The notes beneath the pieces are model-generated. The model was not told the DNA's origin and did not search any database. It was given only the letters and a program-made list of their open reading frames with translations. 64,000 nucleotides of DNA from Intrasporangiaceae bacterium. Its GTDB lineage: Bacteria > Actinomycetota > Actinomycetes > Actinomycetales > Dermatophilaceae. The stretch covers positions 5 through 64,004 of the forward strand of contig JAJPIW010000006.1 in NCBI GenBank assembly GCA_021324575.1. The letters run 5' to 3'. Shown here in pieces: positions 37,437 to 46,593 of the stretch. The translations under genes and the position numbers were made by a program. Positions within the stretch are counted from its first letter, which is position 1. The number at the start of each line of letters is the position of its first letter.

Positions 37437-38618
37437 TCACGTCTCTTCCCGTCCTTGTGGACGTGAGGCCTTGGGTGCATCCGGGTCAGCCGACTCAAGC
37501 GCGGCGGCCACTGACGGATGGACAGCGCGCCGGCTCATGTAGACGTCTTGGGTCATCGAGATTCGGGCATGACCCAGCTGGTCTGCGATCATTCGCGCAC
37601 TGGCCCCTTGACCGTCGAGGATGGTCGCCACGGTCTTGCGGTAGGTGTGCGGTTTCACCCAGTCGAACTGCGTCCCCTTCCGAACCCGACGGAAGGAGGC
37701 ACCCACGTTGTTCTTGTCCCGGTATCCCCCCCTAGCGTCGGCGAAGACGGGTCCGTCATGTGTCGCAAACCGCTGCCGGCGAGCCGTGAGCATCGTCAGA
37801 CACCAGCCCGGTAGGACAAGGACTCTCATGGACGTCTTCGACTTGGGGCGCGACGCCACGATGCCCTTGCCCTTCACGCGAATCACGGTGCGCTGGACAG
37901 TGAGGACGCCCCGGTCGAAGTCGATGTCCGACCACCGCACCCCGAGGGCCTCACCGATGCGAAGACCGGTCGCGAGAATGAATCGAGCCAGTTCCGGCAG
38001 ATCCTTGCGTTGAGCGTCGCGGTTGCCGTCGAGAACGGCCAGCCACTCACGCACCTCGGCGGGGGTGAGAGCTCGTGGTGTCCTGTCGTGGTCGGACTCG
38101 AGCCGTCCGGCATCGCGGACGGGATTCGACGGGAGGGCGCCTTGGCGCGTCATGAAGCCGCATATGCCTGAGAGCACGGTGCGGGTGAGCTTCGCTGTGG
38201 CGTAGCCCTTGGTCTTGAGGACGCCTCGGAGAAAGCGATCGACTCGCGCGGTGGTCATCTCTCCGAGCCGTAGGCCCCCAATGCCTGGGATGACATGGCG
38301 TTCCACGGCGTCACGGTAGAGATCTAACGTCGATGGGGAGCGTGCGCCACGCTCGACGAGTGCCTCGAAGTCGTTCAGCCAGGCCCGAGCCCCGTCCTGG
38401 AGAGTGGATTTCGGTGAGAACTCCGCGTCAACGCCCATGGCGATCGCCTGCTCAACCGCCTTGAGCACCGTGCGTCGGGCCTCGGCCTTGCTGCGGCCTG
38501 TGGCCTTCACACGCCGGCGAACGCCCGCGTAGTCGCGGTAGTAGACCATTGCCAGCGTCCGCCCGGAACGCTCGCCGTAGATGACATCGCCGTGCTCCCC
38601 GAGCCCCAGCCGTCTCAT
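37437..38618 (-). CDS. int: Tyrosine-type site-specific integrase
   Basis: ATG at 38618 (MRRLGLGEHG) within track ORF 37437-38927. The catalytic pattern is TGLRIGEAL (R), KPHTYRKTVAT (H-x-x-R) and LGHARISMTQDVY (H...Y). Confidence 0.92.
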   Translation of the reverse strand: MRRLGLGEHGDVIYGERSGRTLAMVYYRDYAGVRRRVKATGRSKAEARRTVLKAVEQAIAMGVDAEFSPKSTLQDGARAWLNDFEALVERGARSPSTLDLYRDAVERHVIPGIGGLRLGEMTTARVDRFLRGVLKTKGYATAKLTRTVLSGICGFMTRQGALPSNPVRDAGRLESDHDRTPRALTPAEVREWLAVLDGNRDAQRKDLPELARFILATGLRIGEALGVRWSDIDFDRGVLTVQRTVIRVKGKGIVASRPKSKTSMRVLVLPGWCLTMLTARRQRFATHDGPVFADARGGYRDKNNVGASFRRVRKGTQFDWVKPHTYRKTVATILDGQGASARMIADQLGHARISMTQDVYMSRRAVHPSVAAALESADPDAPKASRPQGREET

Positions 38619-38905
38619 GCCACATCCGTCGACAATGATGCAACCCAGGCCTTGACGTCCTCGGGCCGATAGCGCAGTCGCCGCCCGACGAGGCGTCCCA
38701 GCGGACCTCGCCCCTGTCCCCGCCAGGAGTAGACAGTCTGCACTGGAACGTCGAGGAAGTACGCGACGTCGTCCACGGCCCAAAGGCGGTCCTCGGCCAA
38801 GGGACGAGCGCCGCCCGCCTCCGCGTGACGGATCACTCCCCCGTCCGACCGAAGGTCGATCGGAGGCTCGTCCACCCGTGCAGTGGATCGGGCAAGTATG
38901 GTCAT
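38615..38905 (-). CDS. xis: Excisionase / MerR-like HTH DNA-binding protein
   Basis: 96 aa with WAVDDVAYFLDVPVQTVYSWRGQGRGP. It overlaps the int start by 4 bp. Confidence 0.8.
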   Translation of the reverse strand: MTILARSTARVDEPPIDLRSDGGVIRHAEAGGARPLAEDRLWAVDDVAYFLDVPVQTVYSWRGQGRGPLGRLVGRRLRYRPEDVKAWVASLSTDVA

Positions 38906-39177
38906 AGTGGCTCCTCTCGACGTACATGATGAATACGTCCGTCGGGGGCCACTATTCGGCCGAGTGCGCTGTCGAATTCGCCCTGCTGTTGTCGTTGGGC
39001 GCGGGATTCAGGTCCGTCACCGTCGCCGGCCGAGCCATTCGATGTAGTTGCGCGCAGACGGCGGCGTGGCCTCTCTTGGCGGACCCAGCGGGAGAAGCAC
39101 AAGGCGCACGGCCCTGGAAAGGTCCACTTGTCGCACGTACTGCGTTGTGCGACAACGTTTTTGGGATCGACGACCCG

Positions 39178-40581
39178 TCACAAGCTCAGGGTTGGCCCGG
39201 TCTCCCGAGCTACGTGGCGCGCGGCCGGCAGGCGCAACTCGATCTGTCGGCTTATGTGCATGGTGGCGGCGGCGGCGAGATGCCAAGTCTCCGTCAGCGG
39301 TGCGACATCGTCGGAGGGGGCGACGCGGGTGTGCATTCGGCGTTTGGTGGTGAGGTCTTCCATAGTGGGCCGGGTGTGGGCTTTGGGTGTGTGCAGGAGG
39401 CCGGAGCGGGCGAGCCGGTCGGGCAGGTCGCGGGTTCGCCGCCACAGGTCGGCGATGGTGTGGGTCGCCGCGCCGAGATCGTTGAGGGCGCGTTGCCTGT
39501 CGAGTGCGTCCTTCCCTGGGGTCTGGAGTTCTTGGCTGATGTCGCCGAGGACGGTGAACAGGTCGCGGCTCGCGGCGGCGAAGCCGACGCTGGGCCGGGC
39601 CAGGGTGGTGAGTGCAGCGAGGTGGACGTCGGTGGCGCGGGCGGCCTTTGCCGCTTCGACGAGAGCCTTGCTGAGGGTGGCGTCCGGGTCGATCCGGTCG
39701 GCGTCGGGCGCGGCGGTGAGGAGCTCGCTGGTTACGGCGAATACGTGGGTGCTCTGGTTCGCCAAGGTGCGCAGGACGTCGGTGGAGGGGACGGCACGGT
39801 ACGTCTCGGCCGTGGCCGCGATCTCCCAGTGGTGCAGGGCCGCTTCGAGCCGGTCGTTGAGGGTGGCCGGTCGACTGAGGGGGGCGACGGCGCGGAGCCG
39901 GTCCAGGCTAGTGATGGTGATGTCGGGGTTGGTGATGGTGTCCAGGACGCGTTCGGCGTACTGGGCGACGGCCAGTGGCCGGTTGGCGTCGGCGTAGGGG
40001 CCGCGGCCGACGGCGTAGCCGGCGGCGACCAGGCCGATGGCCAGGATGTGCCGGGTGGTGGCCGCGGCCTCGCCGGGCTGGTCCAGGACGGGTTGTCCGG
40101 CCTCGTGGGCGCCGTGGAGCAGGTCGGCCAGAGCCCCGAGGGTGACACCGAGCCGGGCCATCGGATGGGGGTCGGTGGGGTCGGGCGGGGTCAGGTCCGG
40201 GCGGGCGTCCAGGTCGCGGGCGCGGATGGCGATGGCGTCGCCGTCGCGAGCCACGTGTAGGTTCCCGGTGCGGATCCGCCGGTAGACGGCCTGCCGGGTG
40301 ATGTCGAGCAGCCGGGCGGCTTGCATGGGGGTCAGGGGGATGTCGGCCGGCGGCCGCAGCGGGGCGGGGTAGCTGCGGATGGCGGACCTCAGCGCCAGCT
40401 GCTGCGGGTCGGCCCGGGGCACGTAGGCGGCGTCGGCGCCGACGATCTCGTGCAGGACCCGGTGGAAGGCGACGTCGAAGGGTTCCCATTGGGCGGCGCC
40501 GACCGGGTCGGTGTGCTCGCGCAGGGTTCGGGTGAGCCGGTCGGCGCGGTCGAGGAGGTCGGCGGCGGTCGTGGTGCTCAT
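39178..40581 (-). CDS. Hypothetical ICE protein with an excisionase-like HTH
   Basis: ATG at 40581 (MSTTTAADLL) overlaps the upstream stop. The HTH is LTPMQAARLLDITRQAVYRRIRTGNL. GC3 is high on this strand, and the antisense 444-aa ORF is Gly/Val-rich. Confidence 0.65.
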   Translation of the reverse strand: MSTTTAADLLDRADRLTRTLREHTDPVGAAQWEPFDVAFHRVLHEIVGADAAYVPRADPQQLALRSAIRSYPAPLRPPADIPLTPMQAARLLDITRQAVYRRIRTGNLHVARDGDAIAIRARDLDARPDLTPPDPTDPHPMARLGVTLGALADLLHGAHEAGQPVLDQPGEAAATTRHILAIGLVAAGYAVGRGPYADANRPLAVAQYAERVLDTITNPDITITSLDRLRAVAPLSRPATLNDRLEAALHHWEIAATAETYRAVPSTDVLRTLANQSTHVFAVTSELLTAAPDADRIDPDATLSKALVEAAKAARATDVHLAALTTLARPSVGFAAASRDLFTVLGDISQELQTPGKDALDRQRALNDLGAATHTIADLWRRTRDLPDRLARSGLLHTPKAHTRPTMEDLTTKRRMHTRVAPSDDVAPLTETWHLAAAATMHISRQIELRLPAARHVARETGPTLSL

Positions 40582-40895
40582 CGCCGGCCGCCCTGGTTGG
40601 TGGCTTCGTGGCGGGCCAGTTCGGCCAGGTGCCAGGCCCACAGGGGTAGCTCGGGCGGTCCGTCTAGGGGGTCGATGGCGTCCAGGCAGGCCAGGGCGGC
40701 CCGGAGCCGGCCGGTGACGGTGTCGGGCCCGGTCGGGGTGTCGCCGGCCAGGAGGTCGGGCAGGATCCCGGCCCGGTTGAGACGGATCTGCCCGGCCAGG
40801 GCGTGACCGTGGGCGGTGTGACCCGCGTCGGCGAGGTCGGCGGCAGCGTCGAGGTGGGCGGCGGCCTGCTGCAGGAGGGTGTCGGCGGCGGTCAT
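40578..40895 (-). CDS. Hypothetical ICE protein
   Basis: ATG at 40895 (MTAADTLLQQAAAHLD), 105 aa, coupled to the next gene. Confidence 0.55.
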   Translation of the reverse strand: MTAADTLLQQAAAHLDAAADLADAGHTAHGHALAGQIRLNRAGILPDLLAGDTPTGPDTVTGRLRAALACLDAIDPLDGPPELPLWAWHLAELARHEATNQGGRR

Positions 40896-40921
40896 GTGTG
40901 GTGCTCCCGGTGGTGGTGGGG

Positions 40922-42337
40922 TCAGGGCAGGGTCAGGCCGGTGGGTTCGCAGACCGGCCGGCTGGGCTGGGCGGGTAGGGCGGCGCGGGCCAGGGCGCGG
41001 GCGAAGGCGCCGTCGGGGTTCCAGCCCTGCCGGGTCATCTCCGCGACCGCGCCGGCGGCCAGGTCCCGCCCCTGTTCGTCCGGCAGCGACTGGAGCAGCG
41101 GGGTCAGGGCGGCGGTGACGTCCGGGATGGGGCGGCGGGTGCCGGCCAGGACGGCGCGGACCAGCTCCGGCCCCGGCTGCCGCAGGAACGGGTTGCGGTG
41201 GGTGGTGCCGAGGCCGAGCCGGGTCAGGCCGTCGGGGCCATGCTGGGCGAGCCAGCCGGCCGGGTCGGTGCCGGGGTCGAGGTCGATGACCTGGACGTTG
41301 TGGCCGAGCTGGTGCAGCAGCATGGCGACCCACCGCTGGGTGCCGTCTCGCCCGGCGGCGTCGCCGTCCATGGCCAGGATGACCGGCCGGTCGGTGAGGG
41401 TGGCCACCCGGCGGGCCTGGGCGGCGCTGACGGTAACGCCACCGGCGGCGACGGCCAGCACATCGTGACGGCTGGTGTGGGCGACGGCTGCGGCGATGGC
41501 CAGGGCATCGAGCGGTCCTTCGACGACGACCACGCGGGGGTGCCCGCCGTGGGCCGGGGCTGGCAGGTAGAGGCTGGTGGCCTTGTCGTGGGTGACGGTG
41601 CGGGTCGGGTTGCGGTACTTCGGTGCCCGCGGGTCACCGCTGGTGTCGCGGCCGATCAGGCCGGCGATCCGGCCGTCGGCGGCGGTGACCGGGACGATGA
41701 GCCGGTCCCGGAGGCTGTCGATGAGGGTGCCTCGGCGGGTGGGCTGGGCCAGGTCGAGGGCGGTCAGCTCGTCGTCGGTGACGCCGCGCCCGCGCAGGTG
41801 GTCGGTCAGGGTGGTCCAGCCGGTCCCGGCGTGCCCGACCACGGGCCGGTCCAGTCGGGCTTCCAACGCGGCGACGTCCAAGCCGCGGCGGCGGCGGAGG
41901 TGGCTGACCGCGGCGGCGTGGCCGACCGGGTTGCTGTAGTGCGCCCACGCCATCGCGTTGATGGTGTACGCCCGCTCCGTCGGCGGCCCATGCGGTGCGG
42001 TCGGCGCGGGAACGGTTGCGGGAGAACCGAACTGGCGGGTGCCTGGGATCCGGTGTTCGAGGTGGGCGACGGCGTCGGTGAACGACAGGCCGTGCAGCCG
42101 CTCGACGAAGTCGATGACGTCGCCGGCCGCGCCGCAGCCGAAGCAGTGGAACCGGTCTGGGACGCCGCCGACCGACAACGACGGGGTGCCGTCGTCGTGG
42201 AACGGGCAGCACCCGACCCAGGCCCGGCCGGCCCGGCGCAGGTCGACACCGGCGGCGGCCACGACCTCGGGCAAGGGGTGGGCGGCCCGGACGGCGGCCG
42301 TGTCGATCGCGGGGCGGTTCACAGCTCGGCCCTGCAC
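40922..42337 (-). CDS. DNA primase-like protein (CHC2 zinc finger plus Toprim)
   Basis: The zinc finger is CCPFHDDGTPSLSV...FHCFGCGAAGDVIDF, with Toprim motifs VVVVEGPLDALA and ILAMDGDAAGRDG. Confidence 0.85.
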   Translation of the reverse strand: MQGRAVNRPAIDTAAVRAAHPLPEVVAAAGVDLRRAGRAWVGCCPFHDDGTPSLSVGGVPDRFHCFGCGAAGDVIDFVERLHGLSFTDAVAHLEHRIPGTRQFGSPATVPAPTAPHGPPTERAYTINAMAWAHYSNPVGHAAAVSHLRRRRGLDVAALEARLDRPVVGHAGTGWTTLTDHLRGRGVTDDELTALDLAQPTRRGTLIDSLRDRLIVPVTAADGRIAGLIGRDTSGDPRAPKYRNPTRTVTHDKATSLYLPAPAHGGHPRVVVVEGPLDALAIAAAVAHTSRHDVLAVAAGGVTVSAAQARRVATLTDRPVILAMDGDAAGRDGTQRWVAMLLHQLGHNVQVIDLDPGTDPAGWLAQHGPDGLTRLGLGTTHRNPFLRQPGPELVRAVLAGTRRPIPDVTAALTPLLQSLPDEQGRDLAAGAVAEMTRQGWNPDGAFARALARAALPAQPSRPVCEPTGLTLP

Positions 42338-42987
42338 GGCTCAAGGCCCTGGGTACCTAGGTAGGGCGGGGCGGGTGCCCGATGCCGCAGGAGCGCGACC
42401 ACGTCGTCGAGGTCCGGGTGCGGGTCGCTCGCGAGAGCGGCATCGCGCACCTGCTCCGCCGTGCTGGTGGGGACGTCGCGGCCCAGGACGGCGTACTCGT
42501 CCCAGGTCCGGTCGTAGGCGTACAGCATGCCGCTGCCGCCGCCACGCTGGCGGCGGTGGGAGACCCGGATGTCGCGGCGGTGGCCCCACCGGTGGCCCAG
42601 GTCGTGGTCGATGCCCGGCTGGGCTTCGGTGGCCCGGGCGAACGCGATCGGGCCCATCCAGGTCAGGCGGTCCCGGGTGCCGGGGTACGGCCCGGGCTCG
42701 GTCGCGTGGAGCAGGACGCCGAGGTCGGTGACGCCCTCGGCGAGCAGGTCGGTGACCCGGTCGGCGGCGGCGCGGGTGGTGTCGCCGGCGCGTCCGGTGA
42801 CCAGCAGGGCGGCGGCGTAGGCGTAGGCGTCGCGCTGGCCTTGCCGATACCAGTAGTCGTCGTCCAGGTCCAGCCCCTGCTGGGCGGAGGTCGCCATCCC
42901 CAGCAGCTGGGCGCGGTGGACGTTGCGGGTGGCGGGTGTCTCGGTCATGGCGGGCCCTTCCTCGCGCGGCCGAATGCCGCGCCTCAC
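42319..42987 (-). CDS. Hypothetical ICE protein
   Basis: 222-aa ORF whose start may be MTETPATR at 42948. No family was recognised. Confidence 0.55.
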   Translation of the reverse strand: MRRGIRPREEGPAMTETPATRNVHRAQLLGMATSAQQGLDLDDDYWYRQGQRDAYAYAAALLVTGRAGDTTRAAADRVTDLLAEGVTDLGVLLHATEPGPYPGTRDRLTWMGPIAFARATEAQPGIDHDLGHRWGHRRDIRVSHRRQRGGGSGMLYAYDRTWDEYAVLGRDVPTSTAEQVRDAALASDPHPDLDDVVALLRHRAPAPPYLGTQGLEPCRAEL

Positions 42988-43039
42988 AAGGGAATACGCC
43001 GCTCAGGGGCCACCATTGGCCCGCCCAGGGGTACGGCCG

Positions 43040-43486
43040 TCAGGTGCCGGCGATCCCGGGGAGGCGGGTGCGCGGTGGCGGGTCGCGGTGCTCGTGCAGG
43101 GTGCACTGGGTCAGCGCGGCCTGCTCGTGGAGCAGCTGTCCGGCCTCGCGGTAGGCGCGGAGCCATTCCGCGGCCGAGCGCGGGTCGGCGTCCTCGGCGT
43201 AGGAGGCGCGTTCGTGGTCCCGCAGGGCGGCCAAGGCCTCGACCATGCCGTTGTGTCGAGCCCAGCAGGGCGGGAGGGTGCGGGCGTCGATGGCGAACCG
43301 GTCGATGAGCCGGTCGACCCACAGCGTCAGGTCGTCCATCGCGGCGGCCCGTTCCGCGGCGGTCAGGGAGGGGACGTGCATCGGCCCCCCGCCCGCGGGC
43401 CGGGTGCCGCCGGTGCCCTCCAGGGGGTGGAACCACGGCGGCTTGTCTCCCTCGGCCGGGTCCGGGGCGGGGTCAGGGGGTGGCAT
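43040..43486 (-). CDS. DUF4913-like protein (usual partner of actinobacterial coupling proteins)
   Basis: The core LTLWVDRLIDRFAIDARTLPPCWARHNGMVEALAALRD lies directly downstream of the T4CP gene. The start is uncertain. Confidence 0.65.
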   Translation of the reverse strand: MPPPDPAPDPAEGDKPPWFHPLEGTGGTRPAGGGPMHVPSLTAAERAAAMDDLTLWVDRLIDRFAIDARTLPPCWARHNGMVEALAALRDHERASYAEDADPRSAAEWLRAYREAGQLLHEQAALTQCTLHEHRDPPPRTRLPGIAGT

Positions 43487-45257
43487 GGGCGCGGTGGATC
43501 TCTGCTTCGACCCGCAACCGGTCGGCGGTCAGCTGCGCCGCGTCGGGGCGGGCGGTCCACGGGGTCAGGGTCAGGGCGATGGGTCGGGCCGCCCGCAGCA
43601 GCAGGATGGCCGTGCCGAACGGCAGGGTCCGCAGCCGGGCCGGTTCCAGGATCGGCACCTGCGTGGTCGACGTTGAGGTGCTGGTGTGCCCGTCGCGGCC
43701 TCGGCTGGTTGTGGTCGTGGCCTTGTCGCGTTGCCCGATCAGGGTGGACAGGTCTTGCAGGTCGCGGGCGTTGGACCCGCCGCCGAGGATGACCTTGACG
43801 ATGGCGGCGTCCCAGATCGCCGAGGCGGCGTGTTCGCCCCAGACGGCCCGGGCTTGGGCCAGGGACTGCAGGACCACGACGGTGGAGATGCCGGTGCCGC
43901 CGCCGTCGCTCATCAGGGCCGGCAGGGACGGCAGCGGGTAGTTCGCCGCCTCGTCCAGGACCAGCGCCAGCGGCGGGTCGAGACGGGAGCTGGCGGAGCG
44001 GGCAGCCAGCCGGCGCGCCGCCTCGGCGACGTCCTCGACGAACGCGCCGACCAACCCCGCGGTCGCGGCCGACCCGGTCGCGGTCCCGATCAGGTAGATG
44101 GTGCCGTTGCCGGTCAGGAACGTCTCGGGGTCGAAGTGCTCCCCCGGGCCGGGTGAGACAGCGTCCAAAACCAACGGGTCGGCCAGCGCCGCGAACGCGA
44201 TCGTGACCATCGCCCACACCGAGTCCCGCTGCCGCGGGTCGGCAGTCAGGATCGCGTCCAGCGCCTGATGCCAGGCGCCGGCCGCGCGAGGGTGGGAGGC
44301 CAGGATGACCACGGCCTCCTTGGCCTGCGCCGCCGACAACGACCACCGGTACAGGTCCGCCGACGTGTCCCCACCCAGGGCGGCAGCGTGCAGCAGGCAC
44401 CGGACCGCCTGCTCGGCGGAGGCCTGCCAGAAGGTCGAATCCGTCGTTCCCGCCGCGGTGGCCGACGTCAGCGCCTTGGCCCGGACCATCGCGATGTGCG
44501 GGTCGTCGCAGCCCCGGATTGGGGACCAGCGCGTCGCGGACCGGATGCCGCGAGCCAACCCCTGCGGGTCGAACACCGCCACCGGCCCGCGGCCCGTCCG
44601 GGCGTGCAACGTCGCCGTGAGGTTGTCCGGACGAGTGCTCGTGGTCAGGACCGGACCGGGCGCGTCCAGAATCATCGGGATCGCCAGGTGGATCCCCTTG
44701 CCCGACCGGGGCGGGCCGAGCACGACCAGCGAGTCCTCGACTGTGGCGTACACGTCAACCCCGCGACCCGCGCCCAGTCGGTAGCCAAGGTCGTTGACCC
44801 GCGGCTTGCTCAGCCCGGGACGCAGCGCACTGGCACGGGCCAACAGGGTCCGCGCGCTGGCCGCCCTTCGGATCTCACCGCGCGTCGCACACCCGTCGGT
44901 CCCCAACGCCACGACCGAAGGTCCTCCCCGGGCGAGCCGAAGGCAGACGCCGACGACAGCGATGGCGACCGCAATCACCAATGCCGTCGCCGACCAGTAC
45001 GCTGCCGGCGGCGGTGCGCCGGCACCCCAAACCCGATGCAACTCAAGTGGATTGGCCAAGGCCAAGAACGGTCTTGCGAGCGAGGGCCTCGGTCGTTGGC
45101 CTCCCGTGAACATGAAGGCGAGGTAGGCGCCGCCCTGAAGGACCCCCCACACGCCGCCAACCGTCAGTAGCGCTGCCCCAACAAGGTTGTCTGTCGAACC
45201 TGGATCCACCTTGGCCATCTGAACCGCCCTCTCGAGTCGTCGCAAGGGGAACGGCAC
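43473..45257 (-). CDS. Type IV secretion coupling protein (VirD4/TraG/TraD family)
   Basis: N-terminal TM helices, Walker A VVLGPPRSGKG and Walker B-like LALVLDEAANY. The start may be MAKVDPGS at 45218. Confidence 0.88.
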   Translation of the reverse strand: MPFPLRRLERAVQMAKVDPGSTDNLVGAALLTVGGVWGVLQGGAYLAFMFTGGQRPRPSLARPFLALANPLELHRVWGAGAPPPAAYWSATALVIAVAIAVVGVCLRLARGGPSVVALGTDGCATRGEIRRAASARTLLARASALRPGLSKPRVNDLGYRLGAGRGVDVYATVEDSLVVLGPPRSGKGIHLAIPMILDAPGPVLTTSTRPDNLTATLHARTGRGPVAVFDPQGLARGIRSATRWSPIRGCDDPHIAMVRAKALTSATAAGTTDSTFWQASAEQAVRCLLHAAALGGDTSADLYRWSLSAAQAKEAVVILASHPRAAGAWHQALDAILTADPRQRDSVWAMVTIAFAALADPLVLDAVSPGPGEHFDPETFLTGNGTIYLIGTATGSAATAGLVGAFVEDVAEAARRLAARSASSRLDPPLALVLDEAANYPLPSLPALMSDGGGTGISTVVVLQSLAQARAVWGEHAASAIWDAAIVKVILGGGSNARDLQDLSTLIGQRDKATTTTSRGRDGHTSTSTSTTQVPILEPARLRTLPFGTAILLLRAARPIALTLTPWTARPDAAQLTADRLRVEAEIHRAHATP

Positions 45258-45450
45258 CCAGGGGCCACTATGCGTGCAACCATCCCGGGACGCTCAAGTC
45301 GGCCAGAATCGAGCGATCATCCGGCTTCACGCGTGAGGGCAGCGGAGGGCGACCTTTCGACGCAGGACCTGTCGACCCACCATTCGGGATATGTGGGGGA
45401 TCCGTCCGGACATAGCCGATGGTCGGACGTGATGAGACAGACTTACGCGC

Positions 45451-45600
45451 ATGGATCGTGACGGTCATCAGGAGATCCATTACCGGGCCCTCGAAGGGGA
45501 CGTCGACGGCATTAGCGATCGACTCGCGGCCGGCGACGACATCAGCTGGACCGATAGACGAGGCTTCACGGCATTGCACTTCGCGGCCCAGCAGTCACAG
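45451..45600 (+). pseudogene. Truncated ankyrin-repeat gene fragment
   Basis: EIHYRALEGDVDGISDRLAAGDDISWTDRRGFTALHFAAQQ fits the ankyrin consensus (G-x-T-x-L-H-x-A). The reading frame runs straight into transposase-like sequence. Confidence 0.45.
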
Positions 45601-45913
45601 CGCAAGAAGCGTCCGGTCATCGTCAACGTCGCGGTCGCCCGCGAGCTGGCCGGATGGTGCTGGTCGTTGGCCACCCAGCCGCAGTAGATCCCGGCCCCCG
45701 AGCTGACCGTGGGGGTCAACGACCCGGACCGCCAGCGTGCGGAACGACCCGCGTCGAGGCTATGAGCAGCCGGTCCCACAACGACGTTCGCGTCGCCAGG
45801 GACGCGGTGACGCCCGACACTAGACTCGCGGCCTCCGTTCCCGCCGAACAGCCGGTCCTGCGGTACCCAACGGCGCATATCAGCCTTGACCACGCGTCGA
45901 CCACGACACGCTG
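45601..45913 (+). pseudogene. 3'-terminal remnant of an IS110-family transposase gene
   Basis: KRPVIVNVAVARELAGWCWSLA resembles the conserved C-terminal helix of IS110/IS116/IS902 transposases. No N-terminal DEDD domain is present, and frames are broken downstream. Confidence 0.4.
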
Positions 45914-46095
45914 ACCGGGCCCACGACCCCCACGCGTCACCGCCGTCCAAGAACCTCTCCACAAATCGAGGAAGTTCCGGCGCACCTATCTTGAGAACGA
46001 GGCACTCCATATCAGCCTCCGGCCGGTGGCCAACGAGTTGAACTGCCCTTCACGCGGGCGCGGTGAGGGTGCGGGAGGGTGCGAGCGGTCATGGT

Positions 46096-46593
46096 CTACG
46101 GGCCGAGTGCCGCCATGAGCGCGGGAACGTCTTGACGTGCCTCAGCTACAAAGCGAAGCATTGCTGACGGGGCGAGGTTGGCCCCGATCCACAGATACAT
46201 GTCGGGTTGGTTGTCGTTCTCGCTCACGCGGATAACGTCAGCACCCCCGGCTCCGCCGTCGGACTCTATGAAGGCCGTCCAGGGCCCAGGGCTTGCCGCT
46301 TGGACCCGCGCGCCGATAGCCGCGACGGATTCGGCCGGTGGGGCGTGTCCACCGAGCGCTTCGAGCAGCAGGGGGATGTCAGAGAACAGGTTGCCGATGA
46401 AACGCACGTCGTGACCAGACGCGGGCACGCCCTCACGGGTCACTCGCAGCTCCTCGTCCAATTCGTCCATCCGCACCCGGAGCCGACAGACCCCAGCAGG
46501 CATCTCCTCGACGCTGACTTCGAGCTTGCCCAGCGCGGAGAGCCGAGTCCTTATCGCTCTGACGTACGACTCGGTGAGCATCATGGGCCCCAT
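46096..46593 (-). CDS. Putative cognate immunity protein of the RHS toxin
   Basis: 165-aa ORF overlapping the RHS stop (an alternative ATG at 46584 gives an ATGA overlap). It has no signal peptide. The assignment rests on position only. Confidence 0.6.
   Translation of the reverse strand: MGPMMLTESYVRAIRTRLSALGKLEVSVEEMPAGVCRLRVRMDELDEELRVTREGVPASGHDVRFIGNLFSDIPLLLEALGGHAPPAESVAAIGARVQAASPGPWTAFIESDGGAGGADVIRVSENDNQPDMYLWIGANLAPSAMLRFVAEARQDVPALMAALGP

Noticed and set aside
38926-40260. 444-aa plus-strand ORF in the ICE
   Set aside because: It is Gly/Val/Ala-rich and antisense to the 467-aa gene, which has high GC3, an HTH motif and ATGA coupling to its neighbour.
45480-46010. 176-aa minus-strand ORF in the scar region
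   Set aside because: It is Arg/Trp/Ser-rich and has no coding-like third-position bias. It overlaps the IS110-tail and ankyrin fragments on the other strand.
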